From the NCBI GenBank assembly GCA_003021005.1, contig PXRI01000027.1:1480-65479 (forward strand): DNA of 64,000 bases. The letters are read 5' to 3'. The stretch's first letter is position 1. Every line of letters starts with the position of its first letter. The notes under the pieces are model-generated. The model did no database searches. It saw nothing but the letters and a program-made list of their open reading frames with translations, and had not been told where the DNA came from. Shown here in pieces: positions 9,339 to 19,579 of this stretch. The translations under genes were made by a program, and so were the position numbers. This DNA is from Halobacteriales archaeon QS_1_69_70. GTDB lineage: Archaea > Halobacteriota > Halobacteria > Halobacteriales > Haloarculaceae.

Positions 9339-11606
9339 ATGGTCGGCTCGCTGGACGCGGTCCACGCCGCCTTCATGCAGCTAGACCGTCGCCCGGCCGT
9401 CTTCGACCGGGAGATCCGCAGACATGTCGGTCGCTGGCGGCTCGACACCTCCGTGCCCGCGACCGACGTCATCGAGACGTTCAAGCGGAACGCCGACTTC
9501 ATCCTGGACGACGAGAAGGTCGTCCTCCCGCTGCACGAGCCGGACGGCGCCGACCTCACCGGCGAGTTCCTCATCTACTACCCGGACCACGTCGTCCCGT
9601 GCGTCGTCTACCACGACTTCTCGACCGGCGACCTCGCCGAGGTGGCCGTCGAGGACCTCGGCGAGACCTACCCGGCCTGGCGGCTCCGCTTCTGGCACCC
9701 GGAGTTCGACCCCGGGACCGAGCCCACCTACGTGCTGGAGGCCGACGCGGCCGACCCGGCCGACCTCGAGCCCGACGAGCCGGTCGAGAGCGACGCGCCA
9801 CTGCCGGACGACGGCGAGGCGCTACTCGAGGAACTCCGCGCGATGATCACCGACCAGGAGGTGGCCGAGCGCGAGGACGCCCGCCGCGCCTGTGAGCTGC
9901 TGCCGACGTCGCAGTTCCTCGCCGACCGCGGCGGCCTCGAGGGACTGGTGGCTGCCGGGACGACGGAGGACGCCTACGGCCAGCAATTGCACCGGTTCCG
10001 CATTCCCGACGAACGCCTGGACGGCCCGGTGGACGTCACAGAGGAGTACGACATCTATCCCGGCTCGGAGGTGCTGGTGGACAGTATCGAGGACGTCCCG
10101 GGCTTCCCCGCGGAGGCGGACGTCGTGAACATCGAGGGGCGGCAACTGGAGCTGTCCTTCCACTGGGACCGGGGTCCCGACAACCCCGACCTCGACGTCT
10201 TCGAACTCGACTCCGAGGAGCGGTTCGTCGTCGGGGAGCTGCTCAACCCGGTGCCCCACGACCGCAAGCGGGCGGCCGTCTCGACGGTCGCCGACGACGA
10301 ACGGAAGCGCGGCTGGCTCAGCGGCACCGCCGCGGTCGGGTTCCGGGACGGCTTCGACGTCCCGCTGTCGAAGGCCCGTCTCAACAAGTTCCAGTACGAG
10401 GCCGCCTACGGCGCGCTCACCGCCGACGATGTCTTCTGCATCCACGGCCCGCCCGGCACCGGGAAGACCCGGACGCTGGTGGAGGTCGTCCGCGCCGCCT
10501 GCGCCGACGGCAACCGGGTGCTCGCCGTCGCCCACTCCAACCAGGCCGTCGACAACCTGCTCGTCGGCGACAGCACCCCCAACCGGCCCGATCCCTCCTC
10601 CATCCACGCCGCCGTCGAGTCCACCGACCTCACCGCCGCCCGTACCGGCGACCGCACGAGCAACGACCTCGTCGCCGAGCGGTACGCCGGCAACGACCTC
10701 TACCAGTCCGACGTCGTCTGCGCCACGATGAGCGGCGCCCACCGCTTCGGCGAGGACATCTTCGAGTGCGCCGTCGTCGACGAGGCGACCCAGGCGACCA
10801 TCCCGGACAGTCTCATTCCCGCCGCCAGCGCGAAACAGCTCGTGCTAGCCGGCGACCACCGGCAACTACCGCCGTACTACGCCGGGGAGGGCGAGGCCGA
10901 GGAGGCGATGGTCGAGTCGCTGTTCGACCACCTGCTGGCGCTATACGGCGACGACGTCGCCGCCACGCTGAAAACGCAGTACCGGATGCACGAGGCCATC
11001 GCCGCCTTCCCCAACCGGGAGTTCTACAGCGACGACCTCACCCACGGCCAGCGGAACCGCACCTGGTCCATCGCCCCGCTGGACCCGCTCGCGGCCGTCC
11101 ACGTCGAGGGCACCGAGGAACGCAGCCCCGCGAACTCCTACTACAACGAGGCCGAGGCCGCCGTCGTCGCCGAGGAGGTCGCCCGCCTGCTGGACGTCGG
11201 CGTCACGCCCGACGACGTCGGCGTCATCACCCCCTATTCCGGACAGATCGGGAAGATCCGGGCGGCCCTCGCCCGGCTGGACCACCACGGCACCGACCGC
11301 GTGAAGGTCGCCACCGTCGACGCCTTCCAGGGCAGCGAACGCGAGGCCATCGTCGTCTCGTTCGTCCGCAGCAACCCCGAGGGCCACAGCGGCTTCCTCA
11401 CGTTCCCCAACGAGGGCCCGCGCCGGCTGAACGTCGCGCTGACCCGGGCCCGCAAGCGCTGCGTGCTCGTCGGGAACTTCGACACCCTCCGGACGCGGGC
11501 GCCCGGCATGGACCCCGAGGACAGTGCCGCCGACGTCTACCAGCGGCTCTACGAGCACCTCGAGGAGACAGGTTCACTCTCAAAGCAGGAATGCTCGATC
11601 GAATGA
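9339..11606 (+). CDS. superfamily 1 Upf1/DNA2-like helicase with unknown N-terminal domain
   Basis: HGPPGTGKT, AHSNQAVDN, VDEATQ, GDHRQLPP, QYRMH, TPYSGQ, TVDAFQGSE and RRLNVALTRA motifs. Start could be 9375. Confidence 0.9.
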   Translation: MVGSLDAVHAAFMQLDRRPAVFDREIRRHVGRWRLDTSVPATDVIETFKRNADFILDDEKVVLPLHEPDGADLTGEFLIYYPDHVVPCVVYHDFSTGDLAEVAVEDLGETYPAWRLRFWHPEFDPGTEPTYVLEADAADPADLEPDEPVESDAPLPDDGEALLEELRAMITDQEVAEREDARRACELLPTSQFLADRGGLEGLVAAGTTEDAYGQQLHRFRIPDERLDGPVDVTEEYDIYPGSEVLVDSIEDVPGFPAEADVVNIEGRQLELSFHWDRGPDNPDLDVFELDSEERFVVGELLNPVPHDRKRAAVSTVADDERKRGWLSGTAAVGFRDGFDVPLSKARLNKFQYEAAYGALTADDVFCIHGPPGTGKTRTLVEVVRAACADGNRVLAVAHSNQAVDNLLVGDSTPNRPDPSSIHAAVESTDLTAARTGDRTSNDLVAERYAGNDLYQSDVVCATMSGAHRFGEDIFECAVVDEATQATIPDSLIPAASAKQLVLAGDHRQLPPYYAGEGEAEEAMVESLFDHLLALYGDDVAATLKTQYRMHEAIAAFPNREFYSDDLTHGQRNRTWSIAPLDPLAAVHVEGTEERSPANSYYNEAEAAVVAEEVARLLDVGVTPDDVGVITPYSGQIGKIRAALARLDHHGTDRVKVATVDAFQGSEREAIVVSFVRSNPEGHSGFLTFPNEGPRRLNVALTRARKRCVLVGNFDTLRTRAPGMDPEDSAADVYQRLYEHLEETGSLSKQECSIE

Positions 11607-11667
11607 TCCGACGATCCGCGGTCGGGGTGCGAAAGTCTTACTATGAACGACGAGAAATATATGAACG

Positions 11668-11970
11668 ATGAGTAAGACTGAACGAACGGAAGACTCTGAG
11701 AAGGAAGTCGTCGCCGTCACCAAACACGGCCAGGCGACCATCCCGAAACAGTTCCGCGAGAAGCTCGGGATCACCGCCCCCGGGAAAGTTCTGTTCCGGG
11801 AGGCCGAGGACGGCACGATCGTCGTGGAACACGTCCGCTCACCCGGCGAGATGCGCGGCTTCGCCGCCCGACACACTGCAACCACCGACCAGCCGGCGAC
11901 CGAAATCCTCCAGACGAACCGAAAAAAGGAACGAACCGACCGCGACGAGCAAGTCTTCTCGGAGGAGTAA
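11668..11970 (+). CDS. AbrB/MazE-type antitoxin (VapB-like)
   Basis: VTKHGQATIPKQFREKLGI swapped-hairpin motif; coupled to the downstream PIN gene. Confidence 0.85.
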   Translation: MSKTERTEDSEKEVVAVTKHGQATIPKQFREKLGITAPGKVLFREAEDGTIVVEHVRSPGEMRGFAARHTATTDQPATEILQTNRKKERTDRDEQVFSEE

Positions 11971-12380
11971 TGGCGATCGCCGACCGCATCGTCTTCGGCG
12001 CCGAACCGCTTGTCGCCCACGCCGACGATGAACCCGGAAGCGACGTCGTGGAGACGTATCTCGACGCGGTCGCCATCGAGGACACCACCGGCTACACCAC
12101 CTCCGTGAATCTCGCCGAGATCCGCTACACCATCGCGCGAAAATACGACCGCAGCACCGCCGACGAGTATCTCGACTGGCTCTCCGACCTCGGCATCGAA
12201 ACCGTGACCGTCGGCGACGCCTGGGTAACGGCCTCGGAGTATATCCTCAGATACAACCCGGCACTCGGTGATTCGTTCGCACTCGCAACCGCCGAACACC
12301 TCGACGCGACACTCCTGGTCGGCCGCGACGACGACTACGACGACATACCAGACGTCCCGATAGAACGATTCCGAGAGTGA
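11970..12380 (+). CDS. vapC: PIN-domain toxin (VapC-like)
   Basis: VNLAEI, LGDSFALATA and DDDY PIN motifs; TAATG overlap with the antitoxin. The first acidic residue appears replaced (VFGAE). Confidence 0.8.
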   Translation: MAIADRIVFGAEPLVAHADDEPGSDVVETYLDAVAIEDTTGYTTSVNLAEIRYTIARKYDRSTADEYLDWLSDLGIETVTVGDAWVTASEYILRYNPALGDSFALATAEHLDATLLVGRDDDYDDIPDVPIERFRE

Positions 12381-12399
12381 ACGCTGTGTTCTCCTCGTT

Positions 12400-12767
12400 C
12401 GTTCGGCGGCATACCTTCGGCCGGCGTCACGCTGCTCTCGGTCTTCTGCTCACCGCTGGCAGATCGAGCGGAGCGAGACCTCGCTCACCGTTCGCACGTT
12501 CCGAGGGCTCGCTCCGCTCACTGGTCGCGTGCCTTCGGTCGCATCGATCAATGCTCGCGGCACGCGGGTCACTTCGTTCGCCGCTCGCTCGTTTGGCGGC
12601 TTCCCTGCGGTCGGCCTCGCGGCTCGCGTGTCGTCGTTCGCTCCGCTCACTCCTCCCGCTCGCCGTCTTCGAGGCGCCTCACTCCGTTCGGCGCCTCGCT
12701 ACTCCTCGCGGCTTCCTGCGGTCGCCGCTCGGAATCCCGGAGACGTCTCGCTTCGCTCGCCGTCTCC
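12400..12767. repeat. intergenic hairpin-module array between convergent genes
   Basis: Modules on the minus strand include CGAGGCGCC-GA-AC-GGA-GT-GA-GGCGCCTCG (12670-12698) and GGAGACGGC-GA-GC-GAA-GC-GA-GACGTCTCC (12739-12767). Confidence 0.7.
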
Positions 12768-13745
12768 CTACTCCTCGAACGGCAGTTCGGGCTCGTACCC
12801 GGTGACCTCGACGGCCGCCTCCAGCACCGCCTCGACGTGCTCGCCGTTCGCGACGCTCATGTAGTGGTCGGCCTCCACCGCCCGCGACAGATCCGCCTTG
12901 TTGCAGACCGATAGCACCGGCACGTCGAACGACGACTCCAGTTCCGCGAGCAACGCCAGTTGCCGCTCCAGCGGGTAGCCACAGTCCTCGCTGGCGTCGA
13001 TCAGCACGAGCACGGCGTCGGCGAGGTGGGTCAGCGCCGAGACGGCCTGGGATTCGATGGCGTTGCGCTCCTCGGCCGGCCGGTCGAGCAGCCCCGGCGT
13101 GTCGACGAGCTGATAGCGGACGTGGTCCCGCTCGAGGTGGCCGACGGTAATTCGAGTGGTGGTGTACGGGTAGGCGGCCGTCTCGGTGTCGGCGTTCGTG
13201 AGGTGGTTGACGAAGGAGGACTTCCCGACGTTCGGGTAGCCGGCGACCACGATGGCCGGCTCGTCGGCCCGGATGTCCGGGAGCGTCCGCAGCGCCTCGC
13301 GGGCCTCGCCGATGGCGCGCAGGTCGTCGGCGACATCCTCGGTGACATCGGCAAGGCGGGCGAACGCCTGCTTCCGGAGCTTCCGCGCCGTCTCGGTGTC
13401 CGCCGTTCGAATGCGGCCCTGGTACTCGCCCTTGATGTCGTCGGCCTGCCGGCCCGCAGTCATGACCGCCGACAGCGACTGCCGGAGCGCGTCGACACCG
13501 CCGACGTCGGTGTCGGAAAGCGTCGCGTGTGCGAACTCGTGGTAGAAGGGGTCGAGCTCGTCGAAGTCAGGCCACGACGTCACGACGTTCTCGAGGTTGT
13601 CGGAGAGGATGTTGCCGGCCGTCTGCAGCATCGACTCCTGGGCCTCCTTCCCCCGCTTGGCCCGCCCCGCCCGTGCCGCCCGCGAGAACGCCTTGTCGAC
13701 CAGCTCCTCCGACCGGGGCGTCGTCGGAAGGTCCTCGAACTGCAT
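12768..13745 (-). CDS. NOG1-family GTPase
   Basis: AGYPNVGKSS, YPYTT, DTPG and NKAD G-motifs; MQFEDLPT N-terminus. Confidence 0.92.
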   Translation of the reverse strand: MQFEDLPTTPRSEELVDKAFSRAARAGRAKRGKEAQESMLQTAGNILSDNLENVVTSWPDFDELDPFYHEFAHATLSDTDVGGVDALRQSLSAVMTAGRQADDIKGEYQGRIRTADTETARKLRKQAFARLADVTEDVADDLRAIGEAREALRTLPDIRADEPAIVVAGYPNVGKSSFVNHLTNADTETAAYPYTTTRITVGHLERDHVRYQLVDTPGLLDRPAEERNAIESQAVSALTHLADAVLVLIDASEDCGYPLERQLALLAELESSFDVPVLSVCNKADLSRAVEADHYMSVANGEHVEAVLEAAVEVTGYEPELPFEE

Positions 13746-14016
13746 ACTCGGGATACAACATGCCGCCGTATAAGCGCCGCGTGTCCCCCGCTCCGCGCCG
13801 GGCCCGTCTGACCGCATGACGAGGGCCCGACAGCCGTCTCCGCGATGCAGTCCGACCCTGAGTCAGGCGGTCCCCGCTCCTCCCGTCGCGGCCCCGCCGA
13901 CCCCGGAGACGTCGCCAGCGGGCCGTCGGCTCGTTCCAGTTCGCCATCGACACCACCATTGGCGGCGCTATTGACGGGCTCCTCGCCGGTTAAGTTCCGC
14001 AGCACGCAGGCGGGAT

Positions 14017-14337
14017 ATGGCCGACATCGACCCCGAAGCGCTGCTCCCGAACGACCGCGTCCAGCAGGCCGCCATCGACGGCGACGTCACGCAGCTCAGC
14101 CGCGGCGGCTCGAACCGGTACGCGTCCGAGGGCGATAGCTTCGAGCTCGGCGGCGCGACGTTCGAGGTCACGAGCGTCGAGGAACGCACCCTGGGTGACC
14201 TCACCGACGCCGACGCCGAGCGGGAGGGCTCGCCGTCGCTGGACGCCTACAAGTCCCGTATGGAGAAGGTTCACCCCGGCGACTTCGAGTGGGACGACGA
14301 AAGCAGCATCGTCACCTACCGGTTCGAGCGCCGCTGA
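14017..14337 (+). CDS. ASCH-domain protein
   Basis: IDGDVTQLSR and LGDLTDADAEREG motifs. Confidence 0.8.
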   Translation: MADIDPEALLPNDRVQQAAIDGDVTQLSRGGSNRYASEGDSFELGGATFEVTSVEERTLGDLTDADAEREGSPSLDAYKSRMEKVHPGDFEWDDESSIVTYRFERR

Positions 14338-14381
14338 TCCGACGGATCCGCCAGGGAGTCCACCGCCGGCCCGCACGTGAT

Positions 14382-14711
14382 TCAGCGCCGCTCGCGGAGC
14401 TCCCGTCGCAGGTCGGCCAACTCCATCCCCTGCATCGAGAGCAACACGAGGAGGTGGTAGACGATGTCGGCTGCCTCGTGGGCGAGGGCCTCGTCGTCGC
14501 CGTTCTTGGCGGCGAGCAGGAGCTCCGTCGTCTCCTCGCCGAGCTTCTCCAAGACCGCGTCCTCGCCCTTCTCGTGGGTGAAAAGCGACGCGGTGTAGGA
14601 GTCGTCGGGCAGCTCGGCCTTCCGGGACTCGACGACGGCGAACAACTCCGAAAGCACCTCGTCGGTCGAGGCGTCGCCCCCGAGGGCCCCGCCGTCGGTG
14701 CCGTCGCTCAT
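14382..14711 (-). CDS. hisE: phosphoribosyl-ATP pyrophosphatase
   Basis: SYTASL, KLGEETTE and HEAADIVYHLLV motifs. Confidence 0.93.
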   Translation of the reverse strand: MSDGTDGGALGGDASTDEVLSELFAVVESRKAELPDDSYTASLFTHEKGEDAVLEKLGEETTELLLAAKNGDDEALAHEAADIVYHLLVLLSMQGMELADLRRELRERR

Positions 14712-15151
14712 GCCAGAAGCTCCCGGACGTCGTCGAGCTGTTCGTACTCCCCGGGCGGCTCGCTGCCGGCCTCGAACACCGACTCCTCGACCTCGATGGC
14801 GGCGTTCGTGCGGGCCGCAAGCGCCAGCGAGTCGCTGGGGCGGGCGTCGACCACGGCGTTCGTCCGCGGCGTGACCACGTGGAGGTCGGCGACGTACGTG
14901 TCGTCCTCCAGGTCCGCGACGACGACCCGGTCGACGCGGCCGCCGAGCTCCTCCATCACGTCCAGAAAGAGGTCGTGTGTCAGCGGCCGGCCGACGTCCT
15001 GGGCGTCGATGCCACGGGCGATGCTCGTGGCCTCCTCGACGCCGATGAAGATGGGGAGGACGTCCTCGGCGCCTTCGACGCCGAGGGTGACGACCGCGGC
15101 AAGCCCCCCGGGCGTCTCGGCGACGCGGACGCCCTCGATGTGTGCATCCAT
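14708..15151 (-). CDS. bifunctional nuclease (DUF151) family protein
   Basis: LPIFIG..EATSI, RPLTHDL and DARPSDSLALA motifs. Confidence 0.9.
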   Translation of the reverse strand: MDAHIEGVRVAETPGGLAAVVTLGVEGAEDVLPIFIGVEEATSIARGIDAQDVGRPLTHDLFLDVMEELGGRVDRVVVADLEDDTYVADLHVVTPRTNAVVDARPSDSLALAARTNAAIEVEESVFEAGSEPPGEYEQLDDVRELLA

Positions 15152-15225
15152 ACACCGTTCGAGCACGTCGAGCGGCAAAAGCCCGTCCTTCGGCGGAACC
15201 TCCCGAGGCGGTCACCCACACGGGG

Positions 15226-15474
15226 TCACGAGAGCAACCGTCCTACCTGTACGAGCGTGACGACACCGCCGATACAGGCGAGGATAAAGCCCCCATACCG
15301 GATGAGGGCGACCGCCCCGTCCGACAGCTCGAACTCGTCCGGTTCCTTGTCGATATCGACGGATTTCACCCACCGGACGAAGCGATCGAACCAGGGTGGA
15401 TACACCGTATAGACCACTCCGATGGCGAGGAAGAGCAGGCCGACGAACAGTTTGTCGAACACGTCCGGGACCAT
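15226..15474 (-). CDS. small two-TM hypothetical membrane protein
   Basis: Two hydrophobic helices around an acidic loop. Confidence 0.55.
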   Translation of the reverse strand: MVPDVFDKLFVGLLFLAIGVVYTVYPPWFDRFVRWVKSVDIDKEPDEFELSDGAVALIRYGGFILACIGGVVTLVQVGRLLS

Positions 15475-15680
15475 ACGATCCCGTCGCAGACCGACGGATT
15501 AAAAAGTTGTCTCGGTCCTCGGTCGCCCGGCGCTGCCCGGCTTCGTCGCACGGTAGAACCCACGTGAGGCGCCTTTCTGGGCCCCGAGGCGAACTAGCCA
15601 CCGCCCAGCCCACTCGAGCGGCCACGATCTGCTCCACGGCAGGAGAGAGGATTTAATCCGAGTGCTGCCATCATCCGATT

Positions 15681-16442
15681 ATGCGCTTCGAGAACGACAC
15701 GGTGTTCATCACCGGCGCCGGCTCCGGGATCGGACGGGCCACCGCGCTGACGGTCGCCGCGGACGGCGGGTTCGTCGTCGCGACCGACATCGACGACGAT
15801 GGCGGCCACGAGACCGTCGCCGCGATCGAGGAGGCGGGCGGCGACGCGGTCTTCCAGCACCTCGACGTGACCGACGCCGAGGCGTTCGACGCCGTCGTCG
15901 ACACGACCGCCGAGGAGTACGGCCTCGACGCCGTCGTCAACAACGCCGGCGTCGGCCACCCGCCGGCGACCGTCGAGAACGTCACCGACACCCTCTTCGA
16001 GTACGTCCTCGACGTGAACCTCCGCGGGGTGTGGCACGGCTGTCAGACCACGCTGCCCCACCTCAAGGCGCAGGGCGGCGGCGCCATCGTCAACGTCGGG
16101 TCGCTCGCGTCGTTCCTCGGGATGGCCCGCCTGTCCGTCTACTCGCTGACCAAGGGCGCCGTGTTGAACTTCACCCGCGCGGTCGCCGCCGAGGCCGGCC
16201 GGGACGGGGTCCGCGCGAACGCCGTCTGTCCGGGGTTCATCGAGACGCCGCTCGGCGACCAGTACTTCCAGTCGAGGGACGACCCGGAGGCGGCCAAGGA
16301 GCGGGCCGCCGAGGAGTACCCGCTGAAGCGGCTCGGCGACCCCGAGGAGGTCGCCGACGCCATCGCCTTCCTCCTCTCGGAGGAGGCATCGTTCGTCACC
16401 GGCCACGGCCTCGTCGTCGACGGCGGCTTCTCGGTCAGCTGA
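15681..16442 (+). CDS. SDR family oxidoreductase
   Basis: TGAGSGIG, NNAG, YSLTK and VCPGFIET motifs. Confidence 0.92.
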   Translation: MRFENDTVFITGAGSGIGRATALTVAADGGFVVATDIDDDGGHETVAAIEEAGGDAVFQHLDVTDAEAFDAVVDTTAEEYGLDAVVNNAGVGHPPATVENVTDTLFEYVLDVNLRGVWHGCQTTLPHLKAQGGGAIVNVGSLASFLGMARLSVYSLTKGAVLNFTRAVAAEAGRDGVRANAVCPGFIETPLGDQYFQSRDDPEAAKERAAEEYPLKRLGDPEEVADAIAFLLSEEASFVTGHGLVVDGGFSVS

Positions 16443-16508
16443 CCGGGTCGTGGCAACGGCCTGCCACTCACATAGAAGGCTTTTGACCGCCTCGGGCGAC
16501 CGTCCGTC

Positions 16509-17564
16509 GTGGGCGAGTTCGTCACGCCGCCGCCGCTGTCGCCCGGCGACCGTATCGCGGTCCTCGCGCCGTCCAGCGGTGGCGCCCACGACGCACCGCA
16601 CGTCTTCGAGCTGGGACTCGAACGGCTCCGGACGGGCTTCGACCTCGAGCCGGTCGTCTACCCGACGGCCCGCCAGTCGAACGAGTTCCTCGCCGACAGC
16701 CCGCGGGCGCGAGCCGCCGACGTCCACGCCGCCTTCCGTGACCCCGACGTCGGCGGCGTCGTCGCGACCATCGGCGGCCGCGACCAGCTCCGCGTCCTGC
16801 GACACCTCGACGTCGACGTTCTCCGGTCGAACCCCACCCGGTTCTACGGGATGAGCGACAACACCAACCTCGGACTGTTCCTCTGGCGGGCCGGCGTCGT
16901 CTCCTACAACGGCGCCCAGCTGCTGAACGAGCTGGCGGTGCCCGGCGAACTGCCGGCATACACCGAGCGGTACTGCCGGCGGGCGTTCTTCGAGGCCTCG
17001 CTCGGCGAGCTTTCGGCCAGCGACGAGTGGACCGACGAGCCCTCGACGTGGTGGACGGACCCCTCCGAGTTGGGGTCCCCGCCGGCCTACGAGCCGAACC
17101 CGGGGCCGCGGTGGGCGGGCGGCGACGCGACCGCCACGGGGCGGCTGTGGGGCGGCAACCGGGCGGTCGTCGGGTGGCACCTGGCGGCCGACCGCTACCT
17201 GCCGCCCGTCGACGCCCTCGACGGCGCAGTGCTGTGTCTGGAGACCGCGGAGACCATCCCCGAGCCCGAGGAGGTGGCCGCGACGCTCACGTGTCTCGGC
17301 GAGCGTGGCCTGCTGGAGCGGTTCGAGGCCGTCCTCTTCGGCCGGCCGCCCGCCCGGAGCTACCTCGAGGAGCCGCCCCGCGAGGAGCGGGAGACATACC
17401 GCGAGCGGCTCTACGCGACGGTCGTCGAGACGGTCGGCCGATACGCCCCGGCAGCGCCGGTCGTGCTGGGGCTGGACTGGGGCCACGCGACGCCGACGGC
17501 GCCGCTGCCGCTCGGCGCCCGCGTCGAGGTCGACCCGGCGACCGAGACGGTGCGGTTCCCGTGA
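16509..17564 (+). CDS. S66 family peptidase (LD-carboxypeptidase/MccF-like)
   Basis: APSS, GMSDNT, GRLWGGN, LETAE and DWGHATP motifs. Confidence 0.88.
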   Translation: MGEFVTPPPLSPGDRIAVLAPSSGGAHDAPHVFELGLERLRTGFDLEPVVYPTARQSNEFLADSPRARAADVHAAFRDPDVGGVVATIGGRDQLRVLRHLDVDVLRSNPTRFYGMSDNTNLGLFLWRAGVVSYNGAQLLNELAVPGELPAYTERYCRRAFFEASLGELSASDEWTDEPSTWWTDPSELGSPPAYEPNPGPRWAGGDATATGRLWGGNRAVVGWHLAADRYLPPVDALDGAVLCLETAETIPEPEEVAATLTCLGERGLLERFEAVLFGRPPARSYLEEPPREERETYRERLYATVVETVGRYAPAAPVVLGLDWGHATPTAPLPLGARVEVDPATETVRFP

Positions 17565-17622
17565 CCACCCTCGCCCTGCCGGAGACGGGGCTATTATGTC
17601 TGAAAGCCGCCAAGCGCCGAAC

Positions 17623-17814
17623 ATGGAGTTCAGCCTCCCCGTCGCGCTCGGTGCGCTGGTGGTCGTCGTCGCCGCCGGCCTCGGTGGACTGATAGCCGCG
17701 CCGATCCCGATGGGCACCGACACCATCGTGATGATGGTCGCGCCGTCGATGCTCGTCTTCGGCCTCGTCGCGTTTGGACTCGGCGTCAAGCACGGCGAGT
17801 TCCGCGCGGGCTAG
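17623..17814 (+). CDS. small two-TM haloarchaeal membrane protein
   Basis: MEFSLP...VAPSMLVFG...GVKHGEFRA resembles a conserved haloarchaeal small protein; alternative start 17596. Confidence 0.7.
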   Translation: MEFSLPVALGALVVVVAAGLGGLIAAPIPMGTDTIVMMVAPSMLVFGLVAFGLGVKHGEFRAG

Positions 17815-19175
17815 TCGGCGACGGCCGGCTCGAACTCGCGGCCGAACACCGCAAACAGCGCGACCCCGAGGAGCCCGACGGCCGACGCCGCGGTGAACGC
17901 GGCGGTCGGCGAGACGGCGTAGATGGCGCCGCCGACGGCCGCCGAGGGGATGACGACGACGTTCCGGACCAGGTAGTAGGTGCCGGTCACGCGGCCGCCG
18001 GCGCCGGCCTCTGCGGGCCCGACGATCAGCGCCTTGTGCGCCGGGAGGCCGGCAAAGCGGAGCCCCGAGAACGCGAACAGGACCGCCAGTACGGCCGCGT
18101 CTGGCGGGGCGGTGATGAGAAGCACCGGGAAGACGGCGTAGACGACGAACCCGATGGCGACGACGGGCTTGAGCCCCACCCGGCGCGTGAGCCGGGCCAC
18201 CGGCACCATCACGAGCAGCGCGACGACCATCTCGAGGGCGAGCAGCACGCCGAAGTACGCGTCCGGCGAGAGCCGCCCGACGACCGGCAGCGCGACGCCG
18301 ACCTGGAGGAACTCGGTGACGACGATGACGAAGAAGACATACACCATGCCGTTGGCGAACCGGACGACGGTGTCGGCGACGAGCAGCGGCCGGAGCGGGG
18401 CGGGCATCGAGCGGAGGTCGTCCAGGAGCGACGCGACGCCGGCGAACGACGAGCCGACGGTGTCCTCGCTGGCGTCGTACAGGACGTGCTGGGCAACCGT
18501 GCCGAGCAGGCCGACGCCGGCCGCGATGGCGAGCACGATACGGAACCCCGGCTCGAAGGCGTACATAGCGAGGACGCCTGCCGCGAGGAGCGGCCCGAGG
18601 AGGAAGGCGGTCCGGCGGACGGTCTCGGTGCTGGCGAAGCCGGTGGCCAGCCGGTCCGGCTCGACGGCCTGCTTGACGACGGCGAAGGTCGCGCCGAGGC
18701 CGAGGGACTTCCAGGCCTGTGCGAACAGCAGCCCGAGGAAGATGCCGACCGGGAGGACGGCCGGGTCGAGCCAGCCGACCACCACCTCGCGGCCGACGAC
18801 GTCGACGGTCGTGCCGACGGCGGGCAGCGTGACGGTGCCGAACCGCGCCGCGAACAGCCAGACGACGAACCCGAGCGTCGAGGCCAGGCCGAACAGCGTG
18901 AGCGCGAGCCGGGAGCCGATGCGGTCGGAGATTGCGCCGCCGGGATAGGGGTAGACCGCGGCGAGGAAGTTCCCGGCGGTGCCGAACAGCCCGATGGCGA
19001 CCGCGCCGGCGCCCAGCACCGACATGTACCGCGGGACGTACCGGCTCGTCATCTGGAAGCCGAGGCTGAACGCGAACATCGCGACCGACAGCACGACCAC
19101 GTCCCGCTCGAGGGCGACGAACCGTCGGACGGTCGCCCGGACGCCGGTGTCCTCGGCCGCGGCGCCGTCGTCCAT
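17811..19175 (-). CDS. MFS transporter
   Basis: About 12 TM helices; GGAISDRIGSR motif A. Confidence 0.9.
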   Translation of the reverse strand: MDDGAAAEDTGVRATVRRFVALERDVVVLSVAMFAFSLGFQMTSRYVPRYMSVLGAGAVAIGLFGTAGNFLAAVYPYPGGAISDRIGSRLALTLFGLASTLGFVVWLFAARFGTVTLPAVGTTVDVVGREVVVGWLDPAVLPVGIFLGLLFAQAWKSLGLGATFAVVKQAVEPDRLATGFASTETVRRTAFLLGPLLAAGVLAMYAFEPGFRIVLAIAAGVGLLGTVAQHVLYDASEDTVGSSFAGVASLLDDLRSMPAPLRPLLVADTVVRFANGMVYVFFVIVVTEFLQVGVALPVVGRLSPDAYFGVLLALEMVVALLVMVPVARLTRRVGLKPVVAIGFVVYAVFPVLLITAPPDAAVLAVLFAFSGLRFAGLPAHKALIVGPAEAGAGGRVTGTYYLVRNVVVIPSAAVGGAIYAVSPTAAFTAASAVGLLGVALFAVFGREFEPAVAD

Positions 19176-19214
19176 GTCGGGGGTTGCCGTGGACGGAGGG
19201 TAAAAGGCGTATGG

Positions 19215-19490
19215 TCAGGCGACCCGACCGGAGGGAGGGTCGCCGAACGAGCGAGCGCCGCCGGACGGGCGAGCGGGGAGCGGGAGGTCGAGCGAAGCGA
19301 GACCTCCAAGGGTGAGCGGCGACCATCGGGAGCCGCGAGCGAAGCGACCCGCGAGCCGGGCGGCGGGCGGCCGACCGAAGGGAGGTCGCCGTTTGAGCGA
19401 GCGGTGATCGGGAGGCCGACCGAAGGGAGGCCTCGGAACGGGCAAACGGGGACCGAAGCGCCCCGCGAGCCGAAAAGCGCCGCCGGATGG
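19215..19490. repeat. intergenic hairpin-module array
   Basis: Four clear stem-GA-NC-GNA-GN-GA-stem modules on the plus strand at 19218, 19283, 19366 and 19412. Confidence 0.75.
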
Positions 19491-19579
19491 CCGACGCGCC
19501 GTGCGGCTCACCGCTGCCCGGCAGCCGGCGAAAATCGTCTAGTTCGAGCGTCGCTGTACCTCGGCGGGCAGCAGCCGGC

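Noticed and set aside
12377-12805. 142-aa ORF following vapC, and similar ORFs over 3200-4000, 19200-19500, 41500-42000 and 63000-63650
   Set aside because: Arg/Ser/Leu-rich, non-acidic translations of hairpin repeats or MITEs.
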